The position numbers and the translations under genes are program-made. A stretch of 64,000 nucleotides of DNA. It comes from Candidatus Peribacteria bacterium (GTDB taxonomy: Bacteria; Patescibacteriota; Gracilibacteria; Peribacterales; Peribacteraceae). The stretch is taken from assembly GCA_023245765.1 (NCBI GenBank), contig JAHFJP010000005.1, positions 997-64,996 of the forward strand, given 5' to 3'. The notes under the pieces were generated by a model. That model had not been told where the DNA came from, did no database searches, and saw only the letters and a program-made list of their open reading frames with translations. Numbering within the stretch: position 1 is the stretch's first letter; each line of letters starts with the position of its first letter. Shown one piece after another: positions 23,590 through 33,751 of this stretch.

Positions 23590-23701
23590 AATAATAGAAA
23601 ATACAGGAAAATCAATATGCTGTTTATTCAATTAATAAAGCCACAAAATGGCATTTTGATGTCAACAGAAAACAGCATATTGAATATATTTTGTATACAG
23701 T

Positions 23702-23707
23702 TAGAAT
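23702..23707 (+). promoter_or_regulatory. -10 box TAGAAT, 6 nt before the rsmH ATG
   Basis: TAGAAT at 23702-23707, ATG at 23714. Confidence 0.45.
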
Positions 23708-23713
23708 TGCCGA

Positions 23714-24637
23714 ATGCAACATGGCCACGTTTCGGTCCTTCATACAGAGGTGCTCGCTCTCCTTGCGCCGCGTCCCGGTGAGACGGTTCTCGACTGCACG
23801 CTCGGTCTCGGCGGGCATGCAACGACATTTCTCAACGTCACTGCTCCTGACGGACTACTGATCGGATTGGATGCGGACTCGGTAAATCTCACTGAGGCAC
23901 GCAAGCGTCTGCAACCCTATGGAAGCCGTTTGGAAACGCATTGCATGAACTTCCGTGACGCTCTCACCGTCCTCACCCATCCCGTCGATATCGTCTTTGC
24001 GGATCTTGGACTCAGCTCACCGCACCTGGATGACCCGGAGAGGGGATTCACGTTTCGGACCAATGCCCCGCTCGATATGCGCTACGATCGCTCGACCGGA
24101 GAGTCCGCCGCAGAGTTGCTCCTCTCGTCTTCTGTTGAACAGATCACGAAAGTCCTCCGGGAGTTCGGTGAGATCCAGCGCAGTCATCAACTCGCGAAGG
24201 AATTGCATCTTCATTTTCATTCTGATACTCGTTCTCTGAGTGACTGGAAGACCGATGATGTCGTGCAATGCGTGGAGAAAGTCTTTACTTATCGCGCTCC
24301 AAAAGTTCTGCCGCAGGTCTTCCAGGCGCTCAGGATCGCCGTGAATGATGAGTTGGGCGCTGTTACATCTCTTCTCGATACACTCCCCAGGCTTCTCAAC
24401 CCGGGAGGGCGTGTTGGTATCATCAGTTACCACTCGCTCGAAGATCGGCTGGTGAAGCACGCATTCCGGACTCTGAGTACCCCTGAAATCGATGAGCGCA
24501 CCGGCCAGGTTTCCACGGCAGCTTCGTGGGAACTTGTCACTCGCAAAGCCGTCACCCCCTCTGCACAGGAGCTCGAGGGCAATCCGCGCTCGCGCAGCGC
24601 GAAGTTCCGGGTTCTGCGGCGAGTCCCGCGGGCATAA
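23714..24637 (+). CDS. rsmH: 16S rRNA (cytosine1402-N4)-methyltransferase
   Basis: HVSVLHTEVLALLAPRPGETVLDCTLGLGGHA, ADLGLSSPHLD and ISYHSLEDRLVK. Confidence 0.9.
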   Translation: MQHGHVSVLHTEVLALLAPRPGETVLDCTLGLGGHATTFLNVTAPDGLLIGLDADSVNLTEARKRLQPYGSRLETHCMNFRDALTVLTHPVDIVFADLGLSSPHLDDPERGFTFRTNAPLDMRYDRSTGESAAELLLSSSVEQITKVLREFGEIQRSHQLAKELHLHFHSDTRSLSDWKTDDVVQCVEKVFTYRAPKVLPQVFQALRIAVNDELGAVTSLLDTLPRLLNPGGRVGIISYHSLEDRLVKHAFRTLSTPEIDERTGQVSTAASWELVTRKAVTPSAQELEGNPRSRSAKFRVLRRVPRA

Positions 24638-24699
24638 AGCCCGCTCTCCGTCGCAAAAATTTGCATCATTTACCACTTTCCTTCATACTTCCTCGCCAC

Positions 24700-25083
24700 A
24701 TGCTTCCGCTTCCGACCCTGCCCCGCATGTTCTCTCTTTCTTTTTTGGCGCCTGTTTCCGACATGCCCCGGCGTGCCTCTCTGGGACGCATGGTCAGCCA
24801 GAGCACGGCACTCTTGATGGTGTGCATCGGCACACTGATCCTGGGGCTTGCGCTCCTCATCCTGTTTCACGAGAACGCCAACGCGACGAAGGGGTATAAC
24901 CTCCGCAAACTCGAGAACCAGCGTTCGATTCTCCTGCTCCAGCAGGAAGTCCTCAACATGCAGATCGCCGAAGCTCAGGCACTTGAACATCTACAGGAAG
25001 ACCCGGCAATCGCAGCAATGATCCCGGCGGCGAAATTGCGGTACACCCAGCAGGATCCCGTGGTGGCGGTGGTGCGGGAGTAA
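24700..25083 (+). CDS. FtsL-like cell-division membrane protein (start uncertain)
   Basis: TM segment ALLMVCIGTLILGLALLILF followed by a coiled coil (LRKLENQRSILLLQQEVLNMQIAEAQ). Its position after rsmH matches the dcw order. Confidence 0.4.
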   Translation: MLPLPTLPRMFSLSFLAPVSDMPRRASLGRMVSQSTALLMVCIGTLILGLALLILFHENANATKGYNLRKLENQRSILLLQQEVLNMQIAEAQALEHLQEDPAIAAMIPAAKLRYTQQDPVVAVVRE

Positions 25084-25087
25084 TAGA

Positions 25088-26260
25088 ATGATAAAGATGA
25101 GTGCCCACAGAAACATCCGTCTGCTGACGTGGTTCAACTTCTTTTTGGATTTCGCGCCCTATAATCCAATCGCGGTCATTTATTTCTCCACGGTCACGGG
25201 ATCATTTGCTGCAGGCCTTTCCATTCTCTCGATTGTCAGCATTTCGTCATCACTGTGTGAAGTTCCGACAGGGATCTTTTCCGATGCGATTGGCCGAAGA
25301 AAGACGATCCTTCTCGGAAGTATGAGCGCCACCCTCGCGATTGTTCTCTATGCGATCGGCGGCTCGTTTTGGATGCTGGCAATGGGAGCGATATTGGCTG
25401 GTCTCGGGCAATCGTTTTTCAGCGGCAACAATGAAGCATTGCTCTTCGAGACGCTCAAAGAGGAAAATAATCAAAGTGAATACTCGACGTACTTGGGGAG
25501 AACGAGTTCTATGTATCAAGTTGGTTTGGCGATATCGGCGATCATCGGAGGATTTGCGGCGCAACATTCATTGTCTCTCGCTCTCTGGCTATCGGTGATT
25601 CCTCAAGTGATCTGCATCATTATCAGCTTCTTTTTCGTTGAGCCAAAAACACATGAGAAAGAACGCGCGAATGTATTCCATCATCTTGGTGAGGCGCTCC
25701 GTAAATTCAGAACAAACAAGAAGCTGCGTTCGTTGAGTCTCGCCTCGATTTTTGCATTTGGCATTGGCGAAACCATGCACCAGTTTGGTCCTGTCTTCAT
25801 CTCACTGCTGTGGCCGATATGGGCTCTCGGGATTGCACGCATGCTGAGTCACGTGTGTGCCGCCCTGGGCTTCTGGTTTTCGGGAAAAATCATCAAGCGG
25901 TTTTCCGCGCTGAAGGTCCTGTTTTCCGGTCAACTGTTCAATCGGGCCGGAAGCATGTTTGCCTATGGTTTCCCGACAATTTTTTCACCGATACTCCTGC
26001 CAGTGACATCGTTTTTCTTCGCCATGGGTCATGTTGCTCAAAATACTCTGCTGCAGGAAGAATTCAGCGATCAGCAGCGGGCAACCATGGGCTCGCTGAA
26101 TACCTTTCTCGGCAACATCGTATTCGCAGTCTTTGCCATCACCTTCGGTTCAGTCGCAGACAAGATCGGACCGGGGCACACGCTGCTCATTGGCGAAATT
26201 CTCTTGCTCCCGATTCTCTGCATCTACCTGCAAGTCTTCCGGCATGAGGCATCGGCCTGA
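25088..26260 (+). CDS. MFS transporter
   Basis: 390 aa with about 12 hydrophobic segments. GIFSDAIGRRKTILLG is an MFS loop 2-3 motif. An alternative start at 25097 lies 7 nt after TAGAAT. Confidence 0.75.
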   Translation: MIKMSAHRNIRLLTWFNFFLDFAPYNPIAVIYFSTVTGSFAAGLSILSIVSISSSLCEVPTGIFSDAIGRRKTILLGSMSATLAIVLYAIGGSFWMLAMGAILAGLGQSFFSGNNEALLFETLKEENNQSEYSTYLGRTSSMYQVGLAISAIIGGFAAQHSLSLALWLSVIPQVICIIISFFFVEPKTHEKERANVFHHLGEALRKFRTNKKLRSLSLASIFAFGIGETMHQFGPVFISLLWPIWALGIARMLSHVCAALGFWFSGKIIKRFSALKVLFSGQLFNRAGSMFAYGFPTIFSPILLPVTSFFFAMGHVAQNTLLQEEFSDQQRATMGSLNTFLGNIVFAVFAITFGSVADKIGPGHTLLIGEILLLPILCIYLQVFRHEASA

Positions 26261-26261
26261 C

Positions 26262-27689
26262 TCATGGAACCTTCCTCACCTGAATTGTACTGACATTCTC
26301 CTCATGCGCTTTCGCGTCCGTGACGAGCACAAACGTGTTGCCCTTTTTGAGCAGACCGGCTTTCCGTGCGAGCGCGATGCCTTCAACGACTGTCGCTTCC
26401 GGATCTTTTTTAAAGGGGACGACGAGAGGGAAGACACCGAACGAGAGCTGAAGAGTACGCTGAGTTCGTGCGTCCGGTGTGAAGGCAATGACCGGGAGGT
26501 GGGGCCGGAAGCGAGCAATTTCGCGAGCGGTCTGCCCCGTCCTCGTCATCACCGCGATCGCGGCTGCTTCCGCAGAAATTGCCTGTGTCACGGCGGCTTC
26601 GGCCTGTGCGTCGCGTTCCGTGCGGATCTCCGCATGGAGCATCTTCTGGGATGTTCCCAAGTGCCATTCGGTCTCGTGCAGCACGCGGTCCATCGCATCG
26701 AGCGCGAGCAGCGGATGTGCGCCGCTGGCCGTCTCTCCGGAGAGCATCGTGATATCGGTCGAGGTCATTGCCGCGTGGGCGATGTCGGTCACCTCCGCGC
26801 GCGTGGGGATCGGATTTTCGACCATGCTCTCGAGCATGTGGGTTGCAACAATCACTGGTTTGCCTGCCTTGCGTGACTCCGCAACCATCATGTCTTGCAC
26901 GACCGGCAGCTGCTCAAAGGGAATCTCGGCACCCAGATCGCCCCGCGCCACCATCATTGCGTCGGAGACGGCGATGATGTCGAGGAGATTTGCCACACCC
27001 TGGCGTGTTTCGATCTTCGCGATCAGACCGACGGACTTCTTTCGCTTCTCCAGCCACGCACGGACTTCCTCGACCTCCGATGCCTTGCGGATAAACGAGA
27101 GACCGACGAAATCCACACCTTCCGCCGCCGCGTTCGCGATGCTTGCCCAGTCTTCCTTGGTGATCGAGGGCATGTCGAGGTTCGCACCGGGGAGATTCAC
27201 GTGTTTGCGTGAACTAATGCTTCCTTCCTGCTTCGCGCGCGCCACCACTGACCCGTCTTTGTTCACGGAGACGAGCTTGAAGGCCATTTTGCCATTATCG
27301 AGCAAAATCTGCTCCGCATCGCGGGCATCCTTGGCGAACCCCTTGTGACTGACGATCACTACTTTCATTTTTTCTTTCGGTCGTGGATGCGGAGAAAACA
27401 CAACAAGTTCACCGCGTCGGATTTTGAGAGGAACATTCACAACGCCCGTCCGCACTTCGGCACCTTTCGTATCCAGCAGAATGGCGATGCACGACGGCCA
27501 TTTGCCCTTCGTAGCCAGCTTCTTATTCAGTGCCTGGACCAGGTGGATGGTCTTGCGGTGTTCGTCCCATGTTCCATGCGCCAAATTGATGCGGGCGATA
27601 TTCATCCCCCCGCGGGCGAGCGCCTCGATCTGCTGCGGCGTTTTGGCAGTCGGGCCGAGCGTACAGATGATTTTGGTGAGTCGTCGCAC
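26262..27689 (-). CDS. pyk: pyruvate kinase
   Basis: TKIICTLGPT, MNIARINLAHG and MVARGDLGAEIP. Confidence 0.92.
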   Translation of the reverse strand: MRRLTKIICTLGPTAKTPQQIEALARGGMNIARINLAHGTWDEHRKTIHLVQALNKKLATKGKWPSCIAILLDTKGAEVRTGVVNVPLKIRRGELVVFSPHPRPKEKMKVVIVSHKGFAKDARDAEQILLDNGKMAFKLVSVNKDGSVVARAKQEGSISSRKHVNLPGANLDMPSITKEDWASIANAAAEGVDFVGLSFIRKASEVEEVRAWLEKRKKSVGLIAKIETRQGVANLLDIIAVSDAMMVARGDLGAEIPFEQLPVVQDMMVAESRKAGKPVIVATHMLESMVENPIPTRAEVTDIAHAAMTSTDITMLSGETASGAHPLLALDAMDRVLHETEWHLGTSQKMLHAEIRTERDAQAEAAVTQAISAEAAAIAVMTRTGQTAREIARFRPHLPVIAFTPDARTQRTLQLSFGVFPLVVPFKKDPEATVVEGIALARKAGLLKKGNTFVLVTDAKAHEENVSTIQVRKVP

Positions 27690-27710
27690 GGAGGAAAGCG
27701 TACGCTGTTC

Positions 27711-29384
27711 TCACAGATTTTCCAACGCCTTGCGGATCTCCGGGAGACCGTCCAGCAACTGCGGTGCCAGTTCAAACGCGCGTTTGTATTCGTGCAGCGC
27801 CTCTGGATAGAGTTCCTTGCGGCCGAGCGCGGCGCCCAGGTTGATATGCGCTTGTGCGAACGTCTCACGGATGGCAATGGCGGAGCGGAATTCTGCAATG
27901 GCACCGTCGATGTTTCCTCGGTCCATCAGGATGCTGCCAATCGTGTTATGGGGATCCGGGAACCCAGGATCGGCTTCGATTGCCAGATGTAACTGCTCCA
28001 GTGCTTTGTCTGTCTGGCCCTGTTCGTTGTACAGGATTCCCAGATTACTGAGCGCCTTAGCGTAGTGCGGATCGAGCACGAGTGCCCTGCGGTACTGCGC
28101 CAGTGCCTCTGAGCGATTGCCTCTCCGGTGCTCGAGCACCGCGAGGTTATAGTGCATCACCACACTGCGGTCATTCTTCTGTAGTGCATCATGGTAGAGA
28201 GTTTCACTGTCATGCCACAGGAGACTCTGGGCGTGGGCGGTCCACGCGAGAGTTCCAATGAGGGCAAGAAGGAGCACTCCAATGACGGCGTTCATCGCCA
28301 GTCGGTTCCTCATCAAGATACGTTCGAATCCGTATCCCAACAGAAAAATCATGCCGATCTGTGACAGGTAAATGTACCGGTCGGAGAAGTAATAGATGTC
28401 ATCTTTCACGAAGTTGGAAAACGAGGGAAGGAGGAACAAGACGTAGAAGAGGGCACCGAACGCTATGACTCGCGTTTTGCGTATCGACCACATCACAAGA
28501 ATAGCGAGAACGCCGAGAATGATCAGAGGAAGAAAGAACTGCGCCAGCTTGATACTGATGGTATCTGTTTGAAGATAAATGGATGAGAGATTGGCAGGCC
28601 AGAAGAATTTCTGCAGTGAGAAGACCGAACTCTTGATCGCGAGGAGCAGAGTGTCCACCAGTGACAATGCACCGATGTTCTGCTGCTTGCCGTAGAGGCC
28701 GATCACAAGGAAGAGCGCACTGAGCGCGAAGAACGGGATGTTCTTGAAGATCTTGTTGCGCCGGATTACTCCATCGTCTTTCCAATCGAGAAGCAAGAAA
28801 ATCGCAGGCAGAACGATTGCGACGGGCTTCGAGAGAAGCGCCATCAGGAAGAAGAGCAATGTCACCCAGCGTAAGGGCGCGGCATGCCGCGCCCGAGACA
28901 GTGGATGAAGATAAAGCAGAAGGGCAGCCAGTGAAAAAATGCCAGCCAGAAGATCCTTTCGAGCGCTCACCCATGCGACTGCTTCGGTGTTGATTGGGTG
29001 AACAGTAAAAAGCAGAGCTCCGATGAATGCCGTCTTGCGTTCGAGACCGAGGCGTTCCAATAATAATAGAACGAGTGCCGCTGCGATGATGTGTAGCAGC
29101 AGATTGTCGAGGTGGAACAAGAAGGGATTAAATCCGACGAGTGTGTGTTCGATCTGGAAGCTGACGATCGTCAGTGGCACGTAGAGCTCGGGGTCATACG
29201 ATGTGAAAGCACCCCAGACATTTTTGAGTGTCATCTCCTGCGTCAGTGGATTTTGATAGACCAATGAATCATCATCCCAGATCACAAATTCATTCCTGAG
29301 TGACTGGCTGTAGATCAGCAGCGCAGAGATGGCGAGCAGGATGATCGGGAACGCCTGCCGTTGCAGAAGATGTTTGACGGTCAT
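27711..29384 (-). CDS. polytopic membrane protein with C-terminal TPR repeats (PMT/ArnT-like glycosyltransferase architecture)
   Basis: About 380 aa with roughly 10 TM segments, then TPR repeats (ALAQYRRALVLDPHYAKALSNLGILYNEQGQ...). Confidence 0.6.
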   Translation of the reverse strand: MTVKHLLQRQAFPIILLAISALLIYSQSLRNEFVIWDDDSLVYQNPLTQEMTLKNVWGAFTSYDPELYVPLTIVSFQIEHTLVGFNPFLFHLDNLLLHIIAAALVLLLLERLGLERKTAFIGALLFTVHPINTEAVAWVSARKDLLAGIFSLAALLLYLHPLSRARHAAPLRWVTLLFFLMALLSKPVAIVLPAIFLLLDWKDDGVIRRNKIFKNIPFFALSALFLVIGLYGKQQNIGALSLVDTLLLAIKSSVFSLQKFFWPANLSSIYLQTDTISIKLAQFFLPLIILGVLAILVMWSIRKTRVIAFGALFYVLFLLPSFSNFVKDDIYYFSDRYIYLSQIGMIFLLGYGFERILMRNRLAMNAVIGVLLLALIGTLAWTAHAQSLLWHDSETLYHDALQKNDRSVVMHYNLAVLEHRRGNRSEALAQYRRALVLDPHYAKALSNLGILYNEQGQTDKALEQLHLAIEADPGFPDPHNTIGSILMDRGNIDGAIAEFRSAIAIRETFAQAHINLGAALGRKELYPEALHEYKRAFELAPQLLDGLPEIRKALENL

Positions 29385-29998
29385 CGGAAACGAAAAAGAT
29401 TGGCCAGATCGCCGAGGAGCCCGAGCGTCGCGAAGACTGCTTTGAAGAAGGAACGAAAGAGCCAGTAGACTCCGAGTGCGCCAAGCAGATGCCCGATGGA
29501 GTAGGGGAGTGTGAAGGCTTCTCCCAGGCGGTCATTCAGCCATGGCAGAGGAAACAGGGCGATCGCGATATTCCTGTGAATGACGATCACCAGACCGGCG
29601 ATCCAGAGGACAACCAACAGAAAACGAACGACAAAGAGAATCCGGGAACGCAGCTGAGTCCGGTTTGCGGATCCCGCGTATTCGTCGTACAACTCGGGGG
29701 CCAGGGTGATCCACAGCAAGGTGCATCCAAGAATTACGTACAGAATCATTGTTCCGGGCTCCATCGCGATCGCGGTCCGTGTCGCGAGGATCGTCATCGC
29801 CGTGAGGAGAGCGTGGCCAACCGTGATGCGCAGGATGGCATCCATATCGCCGGGAAGCTGCATTTTCGTCCACGCCTTTCCGGCTGCGGATGTGATGATG
29901 CAGAGGATCCACGCGTATGCGATGCTCAGTAGCCCGAGGTGGAGCAAAAAGAGCACAAGCGACCGGTACCCTGCGGGAACCCACTCGAGAAGATACAT
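29381..29998 (-). CDS. hypothetical polytopic membrane protein
   Basis: 205 aa with 5-6 hydrophobic helices. 4-nt overlap with the downstream TPR gene. Confidence 0.45.
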   Translation of the reverse strand: MYLLEWVPAGYRSLVLFLLHLGLLSIAYAWILCIITSAAGKAWTKMQLPGDMDAILRITVGHALLTAMTILATRTAIAMEPGTMILYVILGCTLLWITLAPELYDEYAGSANRTQLRSRILFVVRFLLVVLWIAGLVIVIHRNIAIALFPLPWLNDRLGEAFTLPYSIGHLLGALGVYWLFRSFFKAVFATLGLLGDLANLFRFR

Positions 29999-30022
29999 AT
30001 GCCGAGTCTACCAGCTTTGCGT

Positions 30023-30454
30023 TCAGTAGCCTCCGAGGATCTGCCAGTCGACGCTCAGCGGTCCGGCACCGATCGTCGCGAGCGTGAAGGCCGAGCAGAG
30101 GATGATCAGATCGAATTCCCAGCCCATGGCACCCATTTTCGAGAACGGAACGTGCCACTTCTGGCTCTTGCAGTAGATCGCGCCGATCATGACGACGACC
30201 AGAGCCAGAGCGCCGATTTGCGTGAAGAGGCCGAGCAGGACCGACACTGCTCCGAGCGTTTCGAGGAATCCGACGAGTGTTACCATGCCCGGTGTCATGC
30301 CCATGTCTCCTGCCATCTCCTTGCTCTTCTGGATTTTTGGAGGACCGTGGACGAAGAAGATCGCTGCGAGCGCGATGCGAAGGGCCAAAATTGCCCAGGG
30401 CATCAGTGGGTAGAGGAGGGAGGACAGAAACATGGAGAGAAAGGGGAAGGTCAA
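30023..30454 (-). CDS. DoxX family membrane protein
   Basis: 143 aa with 4 TM segments. ALRIALAAIFFVHGPPKI is typical of DoxX. Confidence 0.65.
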   Translation of the reverse strand: MTFPFLSMFLSSLLYPLMPWAILALRIALAAIFFVHGPPKIQKSKEMAGDMGMTPGMVTLVGFLETLGAVSVLLGLFTQIGALALVVVMIGAIYCKSQKWHVPFSKMGAMGWEFDLIILCSAFTLATIGAGPLSVDWQILGGY

Positions 30455-30513
30455 CTGTGGATTCTACCCTTTCCCTATCTCAGCGCCATCGAAATAACCT
30501 GAAGAATTTTCTG

Positions 30514-31317
30514 TCAGTACTCTCTGATGTTTTCTGCGGTTGCAAAAATCTCCTGCAAGTCCTCCAGAGAACCCCTCATGAGCATCACGTAGGCGGAATA
30601 TCCTTGCTGCCGAACGAGTTTCAATGTGTCCGCTGCTTGACTGATACTATTGCGGCGAATCGTATCATCTGCTTCACCAGAAGGGAGATATTTGCTTGGG
30701 ACATTGTTCATGGTCTGCCAGTAGTCGCGGCTTTTGCCGTTTGTCACCCAGGTGATACCTGCATAGATCTTCTCCGGAGAAAGGTATCTTGTATTCTCTG
30801 TGAACGTTTCCAGAACCTGCGGATGAAACACGGGCTGTGTAAATGTGGCACTGACGATTCCGCGCTGCATTGCTTCATTCTTTCGTCGCCAACGCCCCCA
30901 TTCTGGCATATACAAATCCGCGCCCACCGCCAGTTCGATATTCTCTATCGGAGCTTGTATGCCTTCCAAGACATTGTGTGCACATGTAGCCGGCTCTTGA
31001 GTAGGATCGAAAGCGTCTCCCGTGACGAGAAGCGCAATATCGACTCCATGGTGTGCCAAGTGGTGAATGCGATCGATGTTCTGCGCAACATCTCGTTCCT
31101 GTGTTCGCAGATGCAGCGCAAGTTTTTTCCCACGTGCAAGTTCCCCTTGCTGTCGCATGGCCATCATCTGTTCGGGCGTCAGAAAGCTTGTCTTCGGCCT
31201 TTTGAGTTCGGGGAGATTGTATCCCTGGAATGCGATATTCATGGACTCAACTCGTTGCATGTCTGTCTGAAGTGATTCGCCTGATCGAGGAACCAATTCG
31301 ATGTACGTTTCTTGCAT
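30514..31317 (-). CDS. divergent methylenetetrahydrofolate reductase-like (MetF fold) protein
   Basis: Loose matches to MetF landmarks: YIELVPRS, HLRT, LLVTGDAF, LAVGADLYMPEW, FTQPVF. Weak call. Confidence 0.4.
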   Translation of the reverse strand: MQETYIELVPRSGESLQTDMQRVESMNIAFQGYNLPELKRPKTSFLTPEQMMAMRQQGELARGKKLALHLRTQERDVAQNIDRIHHLAHHGVDIALLVTGDAFDPTQEPATCAHNVLEGIQAPIENIELAVGADLYMPEWGRWRRKNEAMQRGIVSATFTQPVFHPQVLETFTENTRYLSPEKIYAGITWVTNGKSRDYWQTMNNVPSKYLPSGEADDTIRRNSISQAADTLKLVRQQGYSAYVMLMRGSLEDLQEIFATAENIREY

Positions 31318-31357
31318 ATTTTAATTAAAGCAAATTTTTAATTTTAGTCAATTTTGG

Positions 31358-31430
31358 TACCCCCGGTAGGAATTGAACCTACGGCCAACGGGTTAGAAAC
31401 CCGCTGCTCTATCCGCTGAGCTACGGGGGC
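31358..31430 (-). tRNA. tRNA-Arg (anticodon TCT); CCA encoded
   Basis: On the minus strand: GCCCCCG acceptor, anticodon arm GCGGG-TTTCTAA-CCCGT, T-loop GGTTCAATTCC. Confidence 0.9.
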
Positions 31431-31463
31431 ACGGAGAGCATTTTATCATGATAAACTCTTTCT

Positions 31464-31907
31464 ATGTCTTCAAATTTACTCCCCGACGAACGCACGAAGC
31501 GCTTTGTGGCCATTCTGAATAAGAAAATCGAGACCGGCAGGCTCATGAACGCGCTGGGGCACATGACTGCGGGACTTGCCGGAGGATCGGGCAAAGCTGA
31601 GGAGATGTGCTTTCTGCAGTATCACGATAAGGATGGCGGGACGCATCCGAACACATCACTTTTTCCCTTTATCGTGCTACAGGCCGATAACTCCAATCAG
31701 ATTCGCACTGTTCGCGGAGAGTGTCTGGCGAGGGGAATTCCCTTCACGGATTTCACGCATACGATGACCGAAGGTACCTCAGCGGAGCAGGTTGAGCGGA
31801 CCCGACAAACGCCCGAGGCAGATTTGGACTACTGGGGCATTTGTATGTTCGGTTCGACGGAAGACATTCGCGCTTTTACCAAAAAGTTCTCCCTGTTTAA
31901 GCAGTGA
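31464..31907 (+). CDS. DUF2000 family protein
   Basis: 147 aa. FVAILNKKIETGRLMNALGHMTAGLA and FPFIVLQADNSNQIR resemble DUF2000. Confidence 0.55.
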   Translation: MSSNLLPDERTKRFVAILNKKIETGRLMNALGHMTAGLAGGSGKAEEMCFLQYHDKDGGTHPNTSLFPFIVLQADNSNQIRTVRGECLARGIPFTDFTHTMTEGTSAEQVERTRQTPEADLDYWGICMFGSTEDIRAFTKKFSLFKQ

Positions 31908-31912
31908 GTGAA

Positions 31913-32413
31913 TTATTGTTCGGTTTCAAATCGTCTCGCTTCGATGTTCTTCCGCACATTGTCCCACGGAAATATTTTTTCTTGCATTGCGACAAAGACA
32001 CCCGGCGGCAAATTTTCAAGAGACTCGATGGCAAATGTGAGAGAAGACATGGCATCGTTGCCGTGGTCGTCACTCGGGAGCGTCATACAGCCTGTCAAGA
32101 CAACGGTTTTTCCCTGAATGTGAGGGCCAAGGAATTTTGCAGTTTGAGCCATCGTCTTGGTTCCGTGCGTGACCAGGATTCGTGATTCTGTTGATTGGAG
32201 GATGCGGCTGAGAATCTTCATTCGGTCGGCATCGGTGACGAACTGGCTGTCCTTCAGCATCATTTCTTCGATATCGAATAATCCTGAAAACCCCGATTTT
32301 TTCAGTAGCGATGGAATGAGGGATGGCCGGTGCGTCGGAGCATTCCGCTCATCGTCGTATTCCAGGTCATCAATCGTTCCCCCCGTTGTGAGCACCAAAA
32401 TCGTGTCTTTCAT
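31913..32413 (-). CDS. short L-asparaginase-like protein (N-terminal catalytic domain type)
   Basis: The internal ATG gives MKDTILVLTTGGTIDD (TGGTI threonine motif) and ILVTHGTKTM. The ORF extends to 32506. Confidence 0.55.
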   Translation of the reverse strand: MKDTILVLTTGGTIDDLEYDDERNAPTHRPSLIPSLLKKSGFSGLFDIEEMMLKDSQFVTDADRMKILSRILQSTESRILVTHGTKTMAQTAKFLGPHIQGKTVVLTGCMTLPSDDHGNDAMSSLTFAIESLENLPPGVFVAMQEKIFPWDNVRKNIEARRFETEQ

Positions 32414-32430
32414 GCTTCCACCATTGTACA

Positions 32431-32991
32431 TTGTTGAGTACACTGCACGGGATGGATCTTCCGGAATCGACTCCTCCTCAGAATCCTCCGCCGCCCCCCG
32501 CGGCACCCGCTCCCGTTTCCGACAAAGAGGACATCGAGAAGAACAAAGATATCGCTGCGTTTTCGTATCTCTGGATCATGTCGGTGGTCGTGTTCTTCCT
32601 GCGTCGTAATTCCCCGTTCGTCCGGTACCACGCCAAGCAGGCGATGCTGCTCTTCCTGCTCTCGATCATCGTCCTCTTTGTGCCGATCATCAGCAAGCTG
32701 CTTGAGCTTGGTATTCTCGGTTTGATGGTCCTTGGCTTCATCAACGCAGCACAGGGGCAGCGGAAGGATGTTCCCATAATCGGGCCGCTCTCGCGCCGCG
32801 AAATCGGTCTTCGTGACGCATGGAAACAGATCGTCGAGGCGATCGTGCGTTGTATAGATGCGCTCAAAGCAATCCGTGTCGGAGGCTTCCGCGCACCCTT
32901 CACGTCGACAGATCATGAATCCGCTGATACATCAAAACCTTCTTCACCACCCTCTTCTCAGCAACCGCCTCCTTCCTCGCCAGCAGCCTAA
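32431..32991 (+). CDS. DUF4870-like membrane protein with Pro-rich termini
   Basis: NKDIAAFSYLWIMSVVVFFLRRNSPFVRYHAKQAMLLF is typical of the DUF4870 family. Confidence 0.5.
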   Translation: MLSTLHGMDLPESTPPQNPPPPPAAPAPVSDKEDIEKNKDIAAFSYLWIMSVVVFFLRRNSPFVRYHAKQAMLLFLLSIIVLFVPIISKLLELGILGLMVLGFINAAQGQRKDVPIIGPLSRREIGLRDAWKQIVEAIVRCIDALKAIRVGGFRAPFTSTDHESADTSKPSSPPSSQQPPPSSPAA

Positions 32992-33020
32992 TTTTTCACT
33001 TTTCACTTTTCATTTTTCAC
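32992..33020 (+). repeat. TTTTCAC-type tandem repeat upstream of pyrH
   Basis: TTTTTCACTTTTCACTTTTCATTTTTCAC, read directly. Confidence 0.6.
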
Positions 33021-33030
33021 TCCCCCGCTT

Positions 33031-33735
33031 ATGTCCTACAAACGGATCATGCTCAAGCTCTCCGGCGAAGTGTTCTCCGGTAAACATTCCTTCGGCATCG
33101 ATAAGCCAACGCTCACACACGTCGCCAAGCAGATCAAGAGCATGGCGGAGATCGCCGAGGTCGTGGTGGTGGTCGGCGGAGGCAACATTTGGCGTTACCG
33201 GGATACCAAAGACAGTGGCATCGAGCGGACCGTCAGTGATGCGATGGGCATGCTTGCGACGATCATGAACTCCGTGGCGCTCCAGTCGGCGCTGGAATCC
33301 GGGGGAACGGACACGCGCGTCCTCTCTGCAATTGACGTCCCGCAGCTTGCGGAGCCGTTCATCAAGCGCAAGGCGCTCAATCACCTGGAGAAGGGGAGGG
33401 TCGTGATCTGCGCGGGAGGCACGGGCAATCCGTACTTTACGACCGACTCCGCTGCCGCGCTGCGTGCGCTCGAACTCAGCTGCGATGTGCTGCTCAAGGC
33501 CACCAATGTGGACGGTGTGTACGACAAAGATCCCAAGAAGTTCCGCAGCGCCAAAAAGTACGACTCGCTCACGTTCCAGGCCGCCATCGAGCAACACCTC
33601 AATGTGATGGACCAGGCAGCATTCAGTCTTTGTCAGGACCAGAACCTGCCGGTCGTCGTCTTTAACTTCTTCAAGACCGGCGCGTTGCTGAAGGCTGCCA
33701 GAGGTGAAAAGATTGGAACCATCGTTCACGGATGA
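33031..33735 (+). CDS. pyrH: UMP kinase
   Basis: YKRIMLKLSGEVF, VVVVGGGNIWR and VICAGGTGNPYFTTDSAAALRA. Confidence 0.92.
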   Translation: MSYKRIMLKLSGEVFSGKHSFGIDKPTLTHVAKQIKSMAEIAEVVVVVGGGNIWRYRDTKDSGIERTVSDAMGMLATIMNSVALQSALESGGTDTRVLSAIDVPQLAEPFIKRKALNHLEKGRVVICAGGTGNPYFTTDSAAALRALELSCDVLLKATNVDGVYDKDPKKFRSAKKYDSLTFQAAIEQHLNVMDQAAFSLCQDQNLPVVVFNFFKTGALLKAARGEKIGTIVHG

Positions 33736-33751
33736 TGTACACTCTGCTCCT

